DNA from: Rhodospirillaceae bacterium
Lineage (GTDB): Bacteria; Pseudomonadota; Alphaproteobacteria; Reyranellales; JAQSWP01
NCBI GenBank assembly: GCA_040255215.1
Contig: JBDZUM010000001.1
Span: 45,576-109,575 of the forward strand
DNA length: 64,000 bases
Direction of reading: 5' to 3'
Shown here: positions 28,426 through 37,594 of the stretch, in pieces
Layout: each line of letters opens with the position of its first letter
How positions within the stretch are numbered: position 1 is the first letter of the stretch
Notes under the pieces: model-generated
What the model saw: only the letters and a program-made list of their open reading frames with translations
The model's database searches: none
What the model was told of the DNA's origin: nothing
Position numbers and translations under genes: made by a program

Positions 28426-29208
28426 TTGCCCTACGAAACGATCCTGTTCGCCGCTGACGGTCCGATCGCCACCGTCACCATCAACCGGCCCGAGGCGCTC
28501 AATGCGCTCAACACGAAGGTGTTCGCCGAACTCTACGAGCTGTTCGAGCGCATCGGCCGGGACGAGAGTATTCGCGTCGTGGTGCTGAAGGGTGCGGGCG
28601 AAAAGGCCTTCGTCGCCGGCGCCGATATCCGGGAGATGGCCGGCATGAGCCGGACGCAGGCCGAGGCCAGGAGCTGGAACGGCATGCGGCTCTACGACCG
28701 GATGCGGCGATTGCCGCAGCCGATCATCGCCTCGATCCAGGGCTACGCGCTGGGCGGCGGCATGCTGATAGCGCTGGCCTGCGACATCCGCATCGCCTCG
28801 ACCGCGGCGAGCTTCGGCTATCCCGAGATCAAGCTCGGTATATTCCCCGGCACTGGCGGCACGGTGCTGATCGACCGGCTGCTGGGCGCGGCGGCGGCGC
28901 GCGCCATCTGCATCCTGGGCGAACGCCTGACCGCCGAGCGCGCCTGGCAGCTCGGCATCGTCAGCAAGCTCGTGGCGCCCGGCGATCTGAGGGCCGCGAC
29001 GCAGGATGCGGCAGCAACGGTGGCCGGCTACAGCCCGCTGGCCTTGCGCGAACTGAAGCGCTCGCTCAACGCCTCGCTCGAACTCGACTTCTCGGCGGCG
29101 CGCGAGATCGAGATCGACGCCTATGGCGCGGCCTTCGACAGCCACGACCGGCAGGAAGGCATGAACGCCTTTCTGGAGAAGCGGCAGCCGCGCTTCACAG
29201 GCCGCTGA
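28426..29208 (+). CDS. Enoyl-CoA hydratase/isomerase family protein
   Basis: Crotonase-fold pattern (ATVTINRPEALNALN, VVLKGAGEKAFVAGADI, GYALGGG). TTG start preceded by GGGAGGAG. Confidence 0.85.
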   Translation: MPYETILFAADGPIATVTINRPEALNALNTKVFAELYELFERIGRDESIRVVVLKGAGEKAFVAGADIREMAGMSRTQAEARSWNGMRLYDRMRRLPQPIIASIQGYALGGGMLIALACDIRIASTAASFGYPEIKLGIFPGTGGTVLIDRLLGAAAARAICILGERLTAERAWQLGIVSKLVAPGDLRAATQDAAATVAGYSPLALRELKRSLNASLELDFSAAREIEIDAYGAAFDSHDRQEGMNAFLEKRQPRFTGR

Positions 29209-29255
29209 TGCCGGACGCTATACTGGCCGGATAACGAGAACGCGGGAGGACATGG

Positions 29256-30407
29256 ATGCTGGGCGAAGGCGACTGGAAGGCGAAGTACGAAGACGCCCGC
29301 ACGCACATGATCGGACGGCTGCGCCGGAGCATCGCCGACCCGCTCGCCGGCTGGCCGGACCATGCCGATCCCAGGACCGGCACATGGATCACCAAGGAGG
29401 ACGGCGACTGCACCGGCGGCTTCTTCGCCGGCTGGCTGTGGCTGGCCGGACGCCAGCATCCCGACCTGCTGCCGGCGGCGCGGCACTGGGGCTATGGGCT
29501 GCGGCGACGGCTGCGCTCGAAGACGCATTATCGCGGCATGCTGTTCTATCAGGGCGTCCTGCTCGGCCGGCTGCTGCATGGCGAGGACGAGGCGCGCGAA
29601 CTGACCATCGACGTCGCCCGGGCGCTGGCCGACGATTTCAACCAGGCCGCCGGCGTGATCGGCCTTGGCGAGGAAGGCGAAGAGACGTCCAATCTCGGGC
29701 CAGGCGAAACCACGGTCGACGCCATCGGCATGATCGTCGCTTGCCTGACCTATGCCGCGCGCGAGACCGGCGACGATCGGCTGCGCGACATGGCGAGGAG
29801 CCACGCGCTGACGCATGTCGACTGGTGCGTGCGCGCCGACGGCTCGGTCTGCCAGTCGGCGTCGTTCGATGTCGATACGGGGCAGCTGACCCGCCGCTAC
29901 ACGCACAAGGGCTATTCGCCGGAGAGCACGTGGGGCCGGGCGCAGGCCTGGTCGATGCTGGGCTATGCGTTGGCGGCGCTGTGGCAGCCGGACGAGCCGG
30001 TATTCCTGCGCACCGCGCAGCGCATCGCCGACTGGTGGATCGCCAACGTGCCGGCGGACGGCGTCTCGTTCTGGGATTTCGGCGATCCGCGCATTCCCGA
30101 CACATGGCGGGATACTTCGGCGCCGGCCATGGTGTCGGCCGCCCTGCTCAAGATCGCCGGCCTCACGAAGGATAAAACGCAGAGCGAGAAATATCGCGCC
30201 GCAGCCGAGAACGGCATCCGTACGATGGTGAGCGAATGGCTGACGCCGCTCGGGCCAAACGAGACCCGGCCGGCGGGCATGCTGATCGGCGCCTGCTACC
30301 ATCCAACCATCGGCCATGCGGTCGACTGCGAAGCGGTGTGGCCCGACTACTATCTCTTCGAAGCGCTCGAGGTGCTGACCGGCCGGCTGGGCGAAGCGGA
30401 GATCTAG
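29256..30407 (+). CDS. Glycoside hydrolase family 88-like (unsaturated glucuronyl hydrolase-like) protein, no signal peptide
   Basis: 383 aa with six-hairpin glycosidase-like features that I associate with GH88/UGL (WITKEDGDCTGGFFAGWLWL, YTHKGYSPESTWGRAQAW, FWDFGDP). GGGAGGA SD 5 nt upstream of ATG 29256. Confidence 0.65.
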   Translation: MLGEGDWKAKYEDARTHMIGRLRRSIADPLAGWPDHADPRTGTWITKEDGDCTGGFFAGWLWLAGRQHPDLLPAARHWGYGLRRRLRSKTHYRGMLFYQGVLLGRLLHGEDEARELTIDVARALADDFNQAAGVIGLGEEGEETSNLGPGETTVDAIGMIVACLTYAARETGDDRLRDMARSHALTHVDWCVRADGSVCQSASFDVDTGQLTRRYTHKGYSPESTWGRAQAWSMLGYALAALWQPDEPVFLRTAQRIADWWIANVPADGVSFWDFGDPRIPDTWRDTSAPAMVSAALLKIAGLTKDKTQSEKYRAAAENGIRTMVSEWLTPLGPNETRPAGMLIGACYHPTIGHAVDCEAVWPDYYLFEALEVLTGRLGEAEI

Positions 30408-30411
30408 GCAA

Positions 30412-31494
30412 GTGGCGCAGAACACCGTCCTGATCGCCGGCGCCAGCGGCCTGATCGGCCGCGAAGCGGTGCGTCACTTCGCCAATCAGCCGGGCTGGCG
30501 CGTGCTCGCCCTATCGCGCCGGCCGCCGGAAGTCGACGTCGCGGTCGAGCATCTCGGCGTCGATCTGCTGGATGCCGAGGCGGTCGCCGCGCTGGCGCCG
30601 CGACTGTTGGGCGTCACGCACCTGGTCTATGCCGCGCTGATGGAACATCCCGGTCTGGTGCGCGGCTGGCGCGATCGCGAGCAGATGGCGGCCAACATCG
30701 CCATGCTGCGCCATCTGTTCGAACCGCTGGCGGCCGTGGCGCCCGGGCTGCGCCATGTCAGCCTGTTCCAGGGCACCAAGGCCTATGGCGCGCATCTGCA
30801 CCGCGTGCCGGTGCCGGCGCGCGAGGACGCACCGCGCGACGGCCATGAAAACTTCTACTGGCTGCAGGAAGACTATCTGCGCGAGCGGCGCAGCGGCGCG
30901 CAATGGTCGCTGACGATCTGGCGGCCGCAGGTGGTGTTCGGCCATGCCGCCGGCAGCCCGATGAACGTGCTGGCGGCGATCGGCGCCTATGCCGCCATCC
31001 GCCGCCACCAGCGCCTGCCCTTCGCCTATCCCGGCGGCGCGGCCTATGCCAACGAGGCGGTCGACGCGCGGCTGATCGCGCGCGCCCTGCACTGGGCCGC
31101 CAGCGACAGACGGGCGGCGGACCAGACCTTCAACATCACCAACGGCGACGTGTTCGACTGGCCGTCGCTATGGCCGCATCTGGCGCAGATCTTCGGCGTC
31201 GAGGACGGAGCGCCCGAGCCGCAGCGCCTGGCGCAAACGCTGCCGCCGCTTGAAGCGGTGTGGGCGGAGATCGTCGCAGCACATGGGCTGCAGCCCCTGA
31301 CGCTCGAGCAGTTCGCCGGCGCCTCGCTGCAATACGCCGATTTCCTGCTGGCGCCGCAGGCGCGCGAGGCCCCGCCGCCGGTGCTGGTCAGCACCATCAA
31401 GCTGCGCCAGGCCGGCTTCGCCGACTGCATCGACACGCTGACCATGCTGCGCGAACTGGTCGCCGACATGCGCCAGCGCCGCTATCTGCCCTGA
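30412..31494 (+). CDS. SDR-family NAD(P)-dependent oxidoreductase (extended/atypical SDR, PRISE-like)
   Basis: GTG start 4 nt after the upstream stop. Rossmann motif VLIAGASGLIGREAV. 360 aa. Confidence 0.75.
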   Translation: MAQNTVLIAGASGLIGREAVRHFANQPGWRVLALSRRPPEVDVAVEHLGVDLLDAEAVAALAPRLLGVTHLVYAALMEHPGLVRGWRDREQMAANIAMLRHLFEPLAAVAPGLRHVSLFQGTKAYGAHLHRVPVPAREDAPRDGHENFYWLQEDYLRERRSGAQWSLTIWRPQVVFGHAAGSPMNVLAAIGAYAAIRRHQRLPFAYPGGAAYANEAVDARLIARALHWAASDRRAADQTFNITNGDVFDWPSLWPHLAQIFGVEDGAPEPQRLAQTLPPLEAVWAEIVAAHGLQPLTLEQFAGASLQYADFLLAPQAREAPPPVLVSTIKLRQAGFADCIDTLTMLRELVADMRQRRYLP

Positions 31495-31565
31495 GAGCCT
31501 GGCGCATAAGCCGTTGAAAACAAAAGGAATGAACCGGCTGTCCGGCAACGACCATTCTTGTCTGC

Positions 31566-31595
31566 CCCTTGATTCCGGGGCGAAATTCCCCACAT
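31566..31595 (+). promoter_or_regulatory. Sigma-32 (RpoH)-type heat-shock promoter candidate
   Basis: CCCTTGA at 31566-31572 and CCCCACAT at 31588-31595, with a 15-nt spacer. Compare the E. coli sigma-32 consensus CCCTTGAA-N13-17-CCCCATNT. About 90 nt upstream of the Hsp20 start. Confidence 0.5.
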
Positions 31596-31658
31596 GCTCG
31601 CTGCGACCATGGTCAGACCGGCCAGGGTTGCAGGGTGCCTTCGGGGCCCGCCTATGCG

Positions 31659-31688
31659 CTTCGCTCGCGACAGAGGAGGATGCACGTG
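31659..31688 (+). promoter_or_regulatory. ROSE-like RNA thermometer hairpin masking the Shine-Dalgarno of the Hsp20 gene
   Basis: CUUCGCUC (31659-31666) pairs with GAGGAGG (31673-31679), leaving G31663 bulged, with a 6-nt loop. It contains the ROSE anti-SD consensus U(U/C)GCU. The start codon is 6 nt downstream. Confidence 0.45.
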
Positions 31689-32144
31689 ACTCGCCTATCG
31701 CTGTTCAACAGCCCGCTGATGCTGGGCTTCGACCATTTCGAGCGCACGCTCGAACGGATCGCGAAGAACGGCGACGGCTATCCGCCTTACAACATCGAAC
31801 GCATTGGCGAAAACGGTCTGCGCATCACGCTGGCCGTGGCCGGCTTCACCACTGACGATCTCGCGATCGAGCTGGCGGAAAACCAGCTCGTGGTGCGCGG
31901 TCGCCAGCAGGACGATCCGGACCGCGTCTACCTGCATCGCGGCATCGCCGCACGGCAGTTCCAGCGCGGATTCATGCTGGCCGAGGGAATCGAAGTCAAA
32001 GGCGCCACGCTCGACAACGGCCTGTTGAGCATCGAGCTCGAACGGCCGCCGCAGGAATTGCGGGTGCGCAACATCGCCATCGAGGCCGGCGGCGGCAAGA
32101 ACCGCACGCTGGATCTCAAGGCCGAGAAGAAGCAGGTCGAGTGA
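31686..32144 (+). CDS. Small heat-shock protein (Hsp20/alpha-crystallin family, IbpA-like)
   Basis: GYPPYNIERIGENGLRITLAVAGF...LVVRG...YLHRGIAARQFQRGF...GLLSIELER is alignable by eye to E. coli IbpA. GTG 31686 is 6 nt after the SD; ATG 31680 abuts the SD and is less likely. Confidence 0.9.
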   Translation: MTRLSLFNSPLMLGFDHFERTLERIAKNGDGYPPYNIERIGENGLRITLAVAGFTTDDLAIELAENQLVVRGRQQDDPDRVYLHRGIAARQFQRGFMLAEGIEVKGATLDNGLLSIELERPPQELRVRNIAIEAGGGKNRTLDLKAEKKQVE

Positions 32145-32221
32145 GGCGTCGCCGGGCGCGTTCCGGCAGGCAGGGATGCACCGTCCCGCCAATGCGTAGA
32201 GTACTGTAAGCGAGGTGTGAA

Positions 32222-32440
32222 ATGCCCGAAGCGATCGATCTTCGTACCCTGAGCAGCCAGCAGCTGGCCGGATTCGGCCTCGAGGAGCTCGCCTACATCA
32301 AGAAGGTGGAGCTGCCGGAAGGCCTGACCGGGTTCGGCATCTTCAGCGCCGACGGCCATCCCGTCGCGGTGGCGCAGACCGTCGAAATGGCGCAGGCGCT
32401 GATCCGCCAGCACGAGCTGGAGCCCGTCCACATCCACTGA
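32222..32440 (+). CDS. DUF1150 family protein
   Basis: 72 aa. The pattern (LAYIKKV...GIFSADGHPVAVAQTVEMAQALIRQHELEPVHIH) is typical of the DUF1150 genes found next to hsp20 in Rhizobiales. GAGGTG SD. Confidence 0.7.
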   Translation: MPEAIDLRTLSSQQLAGFGLEELAYIKKVELPEGLTGFGIFSADGHPVAVAQTVEMAQALIRQHELEPVHIH

Positions 32441-32481
32441 GTGAGCCGTCGCGGCTGCCGCAGGGCGGCCGCGATGCCGCC

Positions 32482-32949
32482 TCAGGCGGCGTTGGTCGCC
32501 GCGTTGCCTTCCGTCAGGATGATGTAGAGCGCGTCGGCCGTTTCGGTCTTGCGCAGCTTCTCGCAGACCGTCTGGTCGCGCAGCAGGCGCGACACGCGCG
32601 CCAGGGCCTTGAGATGGTCGGCACCGGCCGTCTCCGGCGCCAGCAGCAGGAAAATCAGATCCACCGGCCGCTCGTCGATCGATTCGAAATCGATCGGCGT
32701 CGACAGGCGCGCAAACACGCCATGCAGACGTTTCAATCCCGCGAGCTTGCCGTGCGGAATGGCGATGCCGTTGCCGACGCCAGTCGTGCCCAGCCGCTCG
32801 CGTTCGAGCAGCACGTCGAAGATCTGCCGCTCGTGCAGCTGCGTCAGCGCCGCGGCGCGTTCGGCCAGCTCCTGCAGAGCCTGCTTCTTGCTGGTCGCCC
32901 GCAGATCGGCGATGACCGAGTCCGGACCGATGAGATCGGCGATTTCCAT
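32482..32949 (-). CDS. ptsN: PTS IIA-like nitrogen regulatory protein PtsN (EIIA-Ntr)
   Basis: ATG 32949 (MEIADLIGPDSV...). Phosphorylatable-His context GNGIAIPHGK. 155 aa. Position downstream of rpoN-hpf. Confidence 0.9.
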   Translation of the reverse strand: MEIADLIGPDSVIADLRATSKKQALQELAERAAALTQLHERQIFDVLLERERLGTTGVGNGIAIPHGKLAGLKRLHGVFARLSTPIDFESIDERPVDLIFLLLAPETAGADHLKALARVSRLLRDQTVCEKLRKTETADALYIILTEGNAATNAA

Positions 32950-32971
32950 GGCTTTCCCTTCTGCCGGGACG

Positions 32972-33559
32972 CTAGCCGTTGAGATTCTGCGGGTCGACCC
33001 AGCCGATGTTTCCATCGGTCCGGCGGTAGACCATGTTCAGCCCGCCATGGGCGCTGTTGCGGAACATCATCGCCGCCTCCCCCGTGAGATCGAGCCGCAT
33101 GACCGCCTCGCCCACCGTCAGGGTCTGCAGCCGCGTCTGCATCTCCGCAACCACAACCGGATCGAGCCGGTCGGGTTCCTCCTGCGTCTCAACTGCGTCG
33201 TCCGGTTCGCCGCGCAGCACGTACTGCTGCGCCGCTATTGATTCGATTTCGGACGCCTGCGCGGCGTTGTGGTCGCGCAGGCGGCGCTTGTAGCGGCGCA
33301 GCCGCTTGGCCACGCGCTCGAGCGCGCGGTCGAAGGCGACATAGGCGTCGTCGCCGGTTGCCTCAGACTGCATGAAAATGCCGCGCCGCGCATGCACCTG
33401 GATATCGCAACGCAGCAAATGGGCCTCACGCGAGAACTGAACCGACCCGTCCAGGGCATGATCGAAATACTTGCCGACGGCGCTTTCGAGAGCCTCGCCG
33501 ACATGGCGCTGCAAAGCCTCACCGATATCGATCTGCTTGCCGCTAATCGAGAGTTTCAT
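32972..33559 (-). CDS. hpf: Ribosome hibernation promoting factor (long form)
   Basis: ATG 33559 (MKLSISGKQIDIGEAL...). S30AE/HPF N-domain plus a C-terminal extension. 195 aa. Directly downstream of rpoN. Confidence 0.9.
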   Translation of the reverse strand: MKLSISGKQIDIGEALQRHVGEALESAVGKYFDHALDGSVQFSREAHLLRCDIQVHARRGIFMQSEATGDDAYVAFDRALERVAKRLRRYKRRLRDHNAAQASEIESIAAQQYVLRGEPDDAVETQEEPDRLDPVVVAEMQTRLQTLTVGEAVMRLDLTGEAAMMFRNSAHGGLNMVYRRTDGNIGWVDPQNLNG

Positions 33560-33652
33560 CAACAAAACCAGATACTTGGGACGGGTATCATTCACCGGGC
33601 CGAAAGCGGCCGCTCGATGAGGCGCGCACCATAGTGACGCATCCTGCCCGAG

Positions 33653-35251
33653 TCAAGAATGGCCCAGATCGGCCGGTTTGGCGGAATTTCCGGCCTCGCC
33701 AGGCAATGTCATGGCATCGCCGCGGGGGCCCTCACCGACGCCGTTGAGACGTGTCGTCGCGCGCCCGCCATCGGCCAGCGCCAGCAGCGCCTTGTCGCGC
33801 CGCCGCTGGGCCGAGGACGGAATGCCGAGCGCATCGCGGTACTTGGCGACGGTGCGGCGGGCGATGGCGATGCCCTCGCCATGCAGCATCGCCACCAGCC
33901 GGTCGTCGGACAGGGTGTTGCCCGGCGCCTCGCCGTCGATCAGCACGCGGATGCGATCGCGCACCGCTTCGGAGGTCACCGAATCGCCGCTGGCGGCGAC
34001 GGCGGGCAGCGCCGAGGTGAAGAAATACTTCAGCTCGAACGTGCCGCGCGGCGTGGCCATGAACTTGTTGGTGGTGACGCGGCTGATGGTGCTTTCGTGC
34101 AGCTCGACCGCCACGGCGATGTCGCGCAGCACCAGCGGCCGCAGGCCGGCGACGCCACGACGGAAGAACCCTTCCTGCTGGCGCACGATCTCGCGCGCCA
34201 CGCGCAGGATGGTGTTGGCGCGCTGGTCGAGCGCCTTGACCAGCCAGCTCGCCGTCTGCAGGCGTTCGGTGATGAATTCGCGCGTGGCGCGATCGCGCGC
34301 ATTGCCGGTCAGCGTGGCGTGGTACTGGCGATTGACCAGAACGCGCGGCAGCGCCTCGTTGTTGAGTTCGATGATCCAGCTGCCGTCGGGCGCGGCGCGC
34401 AGGAACAGGTCGGGCACCAGCGTCTGCGCCACCGGCGCCTCGAAGCGCTGGCCAGGCTTGGGATCGAGCTGGCGCAGCTCCGACAGCATCTGCGCCAGAT
34501 CCTCCGCATCGACGCCGCAGCGGCGCATCAGGCCGGCGAAGTCGCGGCGCGCCACGAGATCGAGATTGTCCAGCAGCGCCTGCATGGCCGGATCGAGCCG
34601 GTCGCGGTCGGCAAGCTGCAGGGCAAGGCATTCGGCCAGCGAGCGGGCGAAGATGCCCGACGGCTCGAAGCGCTGCAGCCGCGCCAGCACTGCTTCGGCG
34701 GCTTCGACGGCGACGCCCAGCGGCGCCACCAGATCGCCCAGTTCGCCCACCAGATAGCCGGCGGCGTCGAGTTGATCCGTCAGGCACATGGCGATCAGCC
34801 GCTCGGCGGGATCGGCGAATTCCAGCCCGATCTGGCTCAGCACATGATCGCGCAAGGTCAGCGTCTCGCCGATCGCCTGCAGCGGATCGTAGTCGTCGCC
34901 GTCCGGCCGACCGCCCGGTCCCCATTCGCTGCTGCCGGCATCGGGCGTCTCGCCCATCGGCCGCTCCTCGCTGGCTTCCTCGTCGCGCGGATCGAACTCC
35001 TCGCCGGCTTCGCGCTCGTCCGACCCCGCCGGCGCCGGTGCGGCGGCGAACTCTGGCGTCGCAGCCGCTTCCTCGTCGCCCTGGGCGGTCTCCTCGGCGG
35101 TCGTCAGCAGCGGATTCTGCTCGAGCTCGGCCTCGATGAAGCGCGCCAGTTCGATCTGGTTGAGCTGCAGCAGCTTGATGGCCTGCTGCAGCTGCGGCGT
35201 CATCACCAGCGCCTGGCGCTGGCCGAGGATGAGCTTGGGCGCCAGACTCAT
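33653..35251 (-). CDS. rpoN: RNA polymerase sigma-54 factor
   Basis: N-terminal Gln/Leu-rich region (LVMTPQLQQAIKLLQL), an acidic region, and the C-terminal RpoN box ARRTVAKYR. 532 aa. Confidence 0.95.
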   Translation of the reverse strand: MSLAPKLILGQRQALVMTPQLQQAIKLLQLNQIELARFIEAELEQNPLLTTAEETAQGDEEAAATPEFAAAPAPAGSDEREAGEEFDPRDEEASEERPMGETPDAGSSEWGPGGRPDGDDYDPLQAIGETLTLRDHVLSQIGLEFADPAERLIAMCLTDQLDAAGYLVGELGDLVAPLGVAVEAAEAVLARLQRFEPSGIFARSLAECLALQLADRDRLDPAMQALLDNLDLVARRDFAGLMRRCGVDAEDLAQMLSELRQLDPKPGQRFEAPVAQTLVPDLFLRAAPDGSWIIELNNEALPRVLVNRQYHATLTGNARDRATREFITERLQTASWLVKALDQRANTILRVAREIVRQQEGFFRRGVAGLRPLVLRDIAVAVELHESTISRVTTNKFMATPRGTFELKYFFTSALPAVAASGDSVTSEAVRDRIRVLIDGEAPGNTLSDDRLVAMLHGEGIAIARRTVAKYRDALGIPSSAQRRRDKALLALADGGRATTRLNGVGEGPRGDAMTLPGEAGNSAKPADLGHS

Positions 35252-35256
35252 GGCCG

Positions 35257-36033
<777 letters not shown>

Positions 36034-36035
36034 GC

Positions 36036-36890
36036 TCAGCGCCCTTCCCTGCCGGGAGGACTGTCGGGCGTGATGGTGCCGGTTACGCGCCCACCCGACG
36101 TGCCGGAAGCGCCGGGCAGCAGCCGGTAGACGCCGGTGCGCATGTTGACTTCGGCGCGCTCGCCGTTGAGACGGTCGCCGCCGCGCGTGACCTCGACCCC
36201 GCCGGTGAGCTGCGCGAGCTTGGACGCCGTGTCGTAGCTGGCGCGCGCCGCGGTCGCGACGTTCTCGCCATTGGTGATGCGCACGTTGCCGATGGCGTCG
36301 ATCTGCGCCAGCTCGCGCCGCGTGCGCCGCGGATCGTCGGCACGCGGACGCTCCTCGAAGAAGCCCACCAGCATGTCGGCGCGCACCACGTCTTCCTGTC
36401 GGGTGGCGACGGCATTGCCGCGCGCCACCGCCGTGCGCTGGACCTCCCAGTATTCCAGGCTGTCGCGGGCGACGATCCGGGTGTCGCCCGAGACGTAGGA
36501 AAGATCGTCGCCCGACATGGTCAGAACCTTGCGGTCGACGTCGTAGAGAGCGCGGTCGCCACGCGCCACGTCGTCGCCGTTCTTCAGCACCACGCCGCCG
36601 GCCGCCTCGACCTTGTAGATCTCGGACTTGCCCTCGGCATTGTCGCGGTAATGCGCCGTCAGCGTCGCGCCGCGCACCGAGAAATCGCCGCGTTTGACCT
36701 GGGCGTTGCCGCGCGCGATGTAGACCTTGCGGTCCTTGTTCCATTCGATGCCGTTATCGGCCGTGACCTCGAGCGACCGCCCGCCCTGGGCTCCCAGCGA
36801 CGTGGTCGCCTGCTGCGCCACGACGGGAGCCGCGCAAATCGCCAGGGAGACGGCAAATACTGCCGCCAGAGCCAGACGACGCGCCGTCAC
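36036..36890 (-). CDS. lptA: LPS transport periplasmic protein LptA (OstA-like), long variant
   Basis: Signal peptide MTARRLALAAVFAVSLAICAAPVVA/QQ. OstA-N-like beta-rich repeats (VTADNGIEWNKDRKVYIARGNAQVKRGDFSVRG...). Synteny lptC-lptA-lptB. Confidence 0.8.
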   Translation of the reverse strand: MTARRLALAAVFAVSLAICAAPVVAQQATTSLGAQGGRSLEVTADNGIEWNKDRKVYIARGNAQVKRGDFSVRGATLTAHYRDNAEGKSEIYKVEAAGGVVLKNGDDVARGDRALYDVDRKVLTMSGDDLSYVSGDTRIVARDSLEYWEVQRTAVARGNAVATRQEDVVRADMLVGFFEERPRADDPRRTRRELAQIDAIGNVRITNGENVATAARASYDTASKLAQLTGGVEVTRGGDRLNGERAEVNMRTGVYRLLPGASGTSGGRVTGTITPDSPPGREGR

Positions 36891-37594
36891 TGCGTTTCCT
36901 CGCCGCTGCCGGGCAGCGTCCCCGAATCGTACAGGATCAGCCGCGCCTTGCCGGTGAACTCGATGATGCGACCGCGCTCGGCGATGCGGAACCCCTCGGA
37001 GTTGACGAAGCCGGCGGGGCCCTGCCCCGCCACCGGCGCGTCGCCCGTCGCCACGCCGGCGCGCAGATCGATCGCCGCCCGCTCGGTCGCCACCTGATAG
37101 CCGTCGTCGCGGAACAGCTCGACCTTGCCGGCGAGATCCAGCGTCTGCTGCGACTGGTTGTAATGGCCGAGATCGGCCGACAGCGACATCCAGCTGCCCT
37201 CCGGCGAGGTCAGATCGCCCTTGGGCTGCGCCAAGTCCAGCACCGGCGTCTGGGCTTTCTTCTGTACCGCGCTTTCGGCCGTCACGTTGAACACCCGGTC
37301 GCGGCCGTCCGAACCGGTGAAGCGCGGGTTCTGCATGCGCAGATAGCTGGCGTCCGGATCGGCTACCGGCACCGACGACAGCCGGAAGGCGCCCTCGCCG
37401 AAGACCAGCGGCCAGATCAGCCCGACGGCGACGGCGATCGCCGAGAGGACGGGAAACCCGAAACGCAGATAGGGCACCAGCGGCGCCAGCAGCGAAGCCC
37501 GCGGCGTCGGCCGCGGCTGCATCAGCACGCGATCAAGCCGCGTCGAGCCGCCGGCGCGCGTCTGCAGGGTCGCCTCGGCGGGTTCCGCCATCAC
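36887..37594 (-). CDS. lptC: LPS export system protein LptC
   Basis: Single N-terminal TM segment (FGFPVLSAIAVAVGLIWPLV) and a periplasmic beta-rich domain. 4-nt overlaps with kdsD (upstream) and lptA (downstream). Confidence 0.7.
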   Translation of the reverse strand: MMAEPAEATLQTRAGGSTRLDRVLMQPRPTPRASLLAPLVPYLRFGFPVLSAIAVAVGLIWPLVFGEGAFRLSSVPVADPDASYLRMQNPRFTGSDGRDRVFNVTAESAVQKKAQTPVLDLAQPKGDLTSPEGSWMSLSADLGHYNQSQQTLDLAGKVELFRDDGYQVATERAAIDLRAGVATGDAPVAGQGPAGFVNSEGFRIAERGRIIEFTGKARLILYDSGTLPGSGEETQ

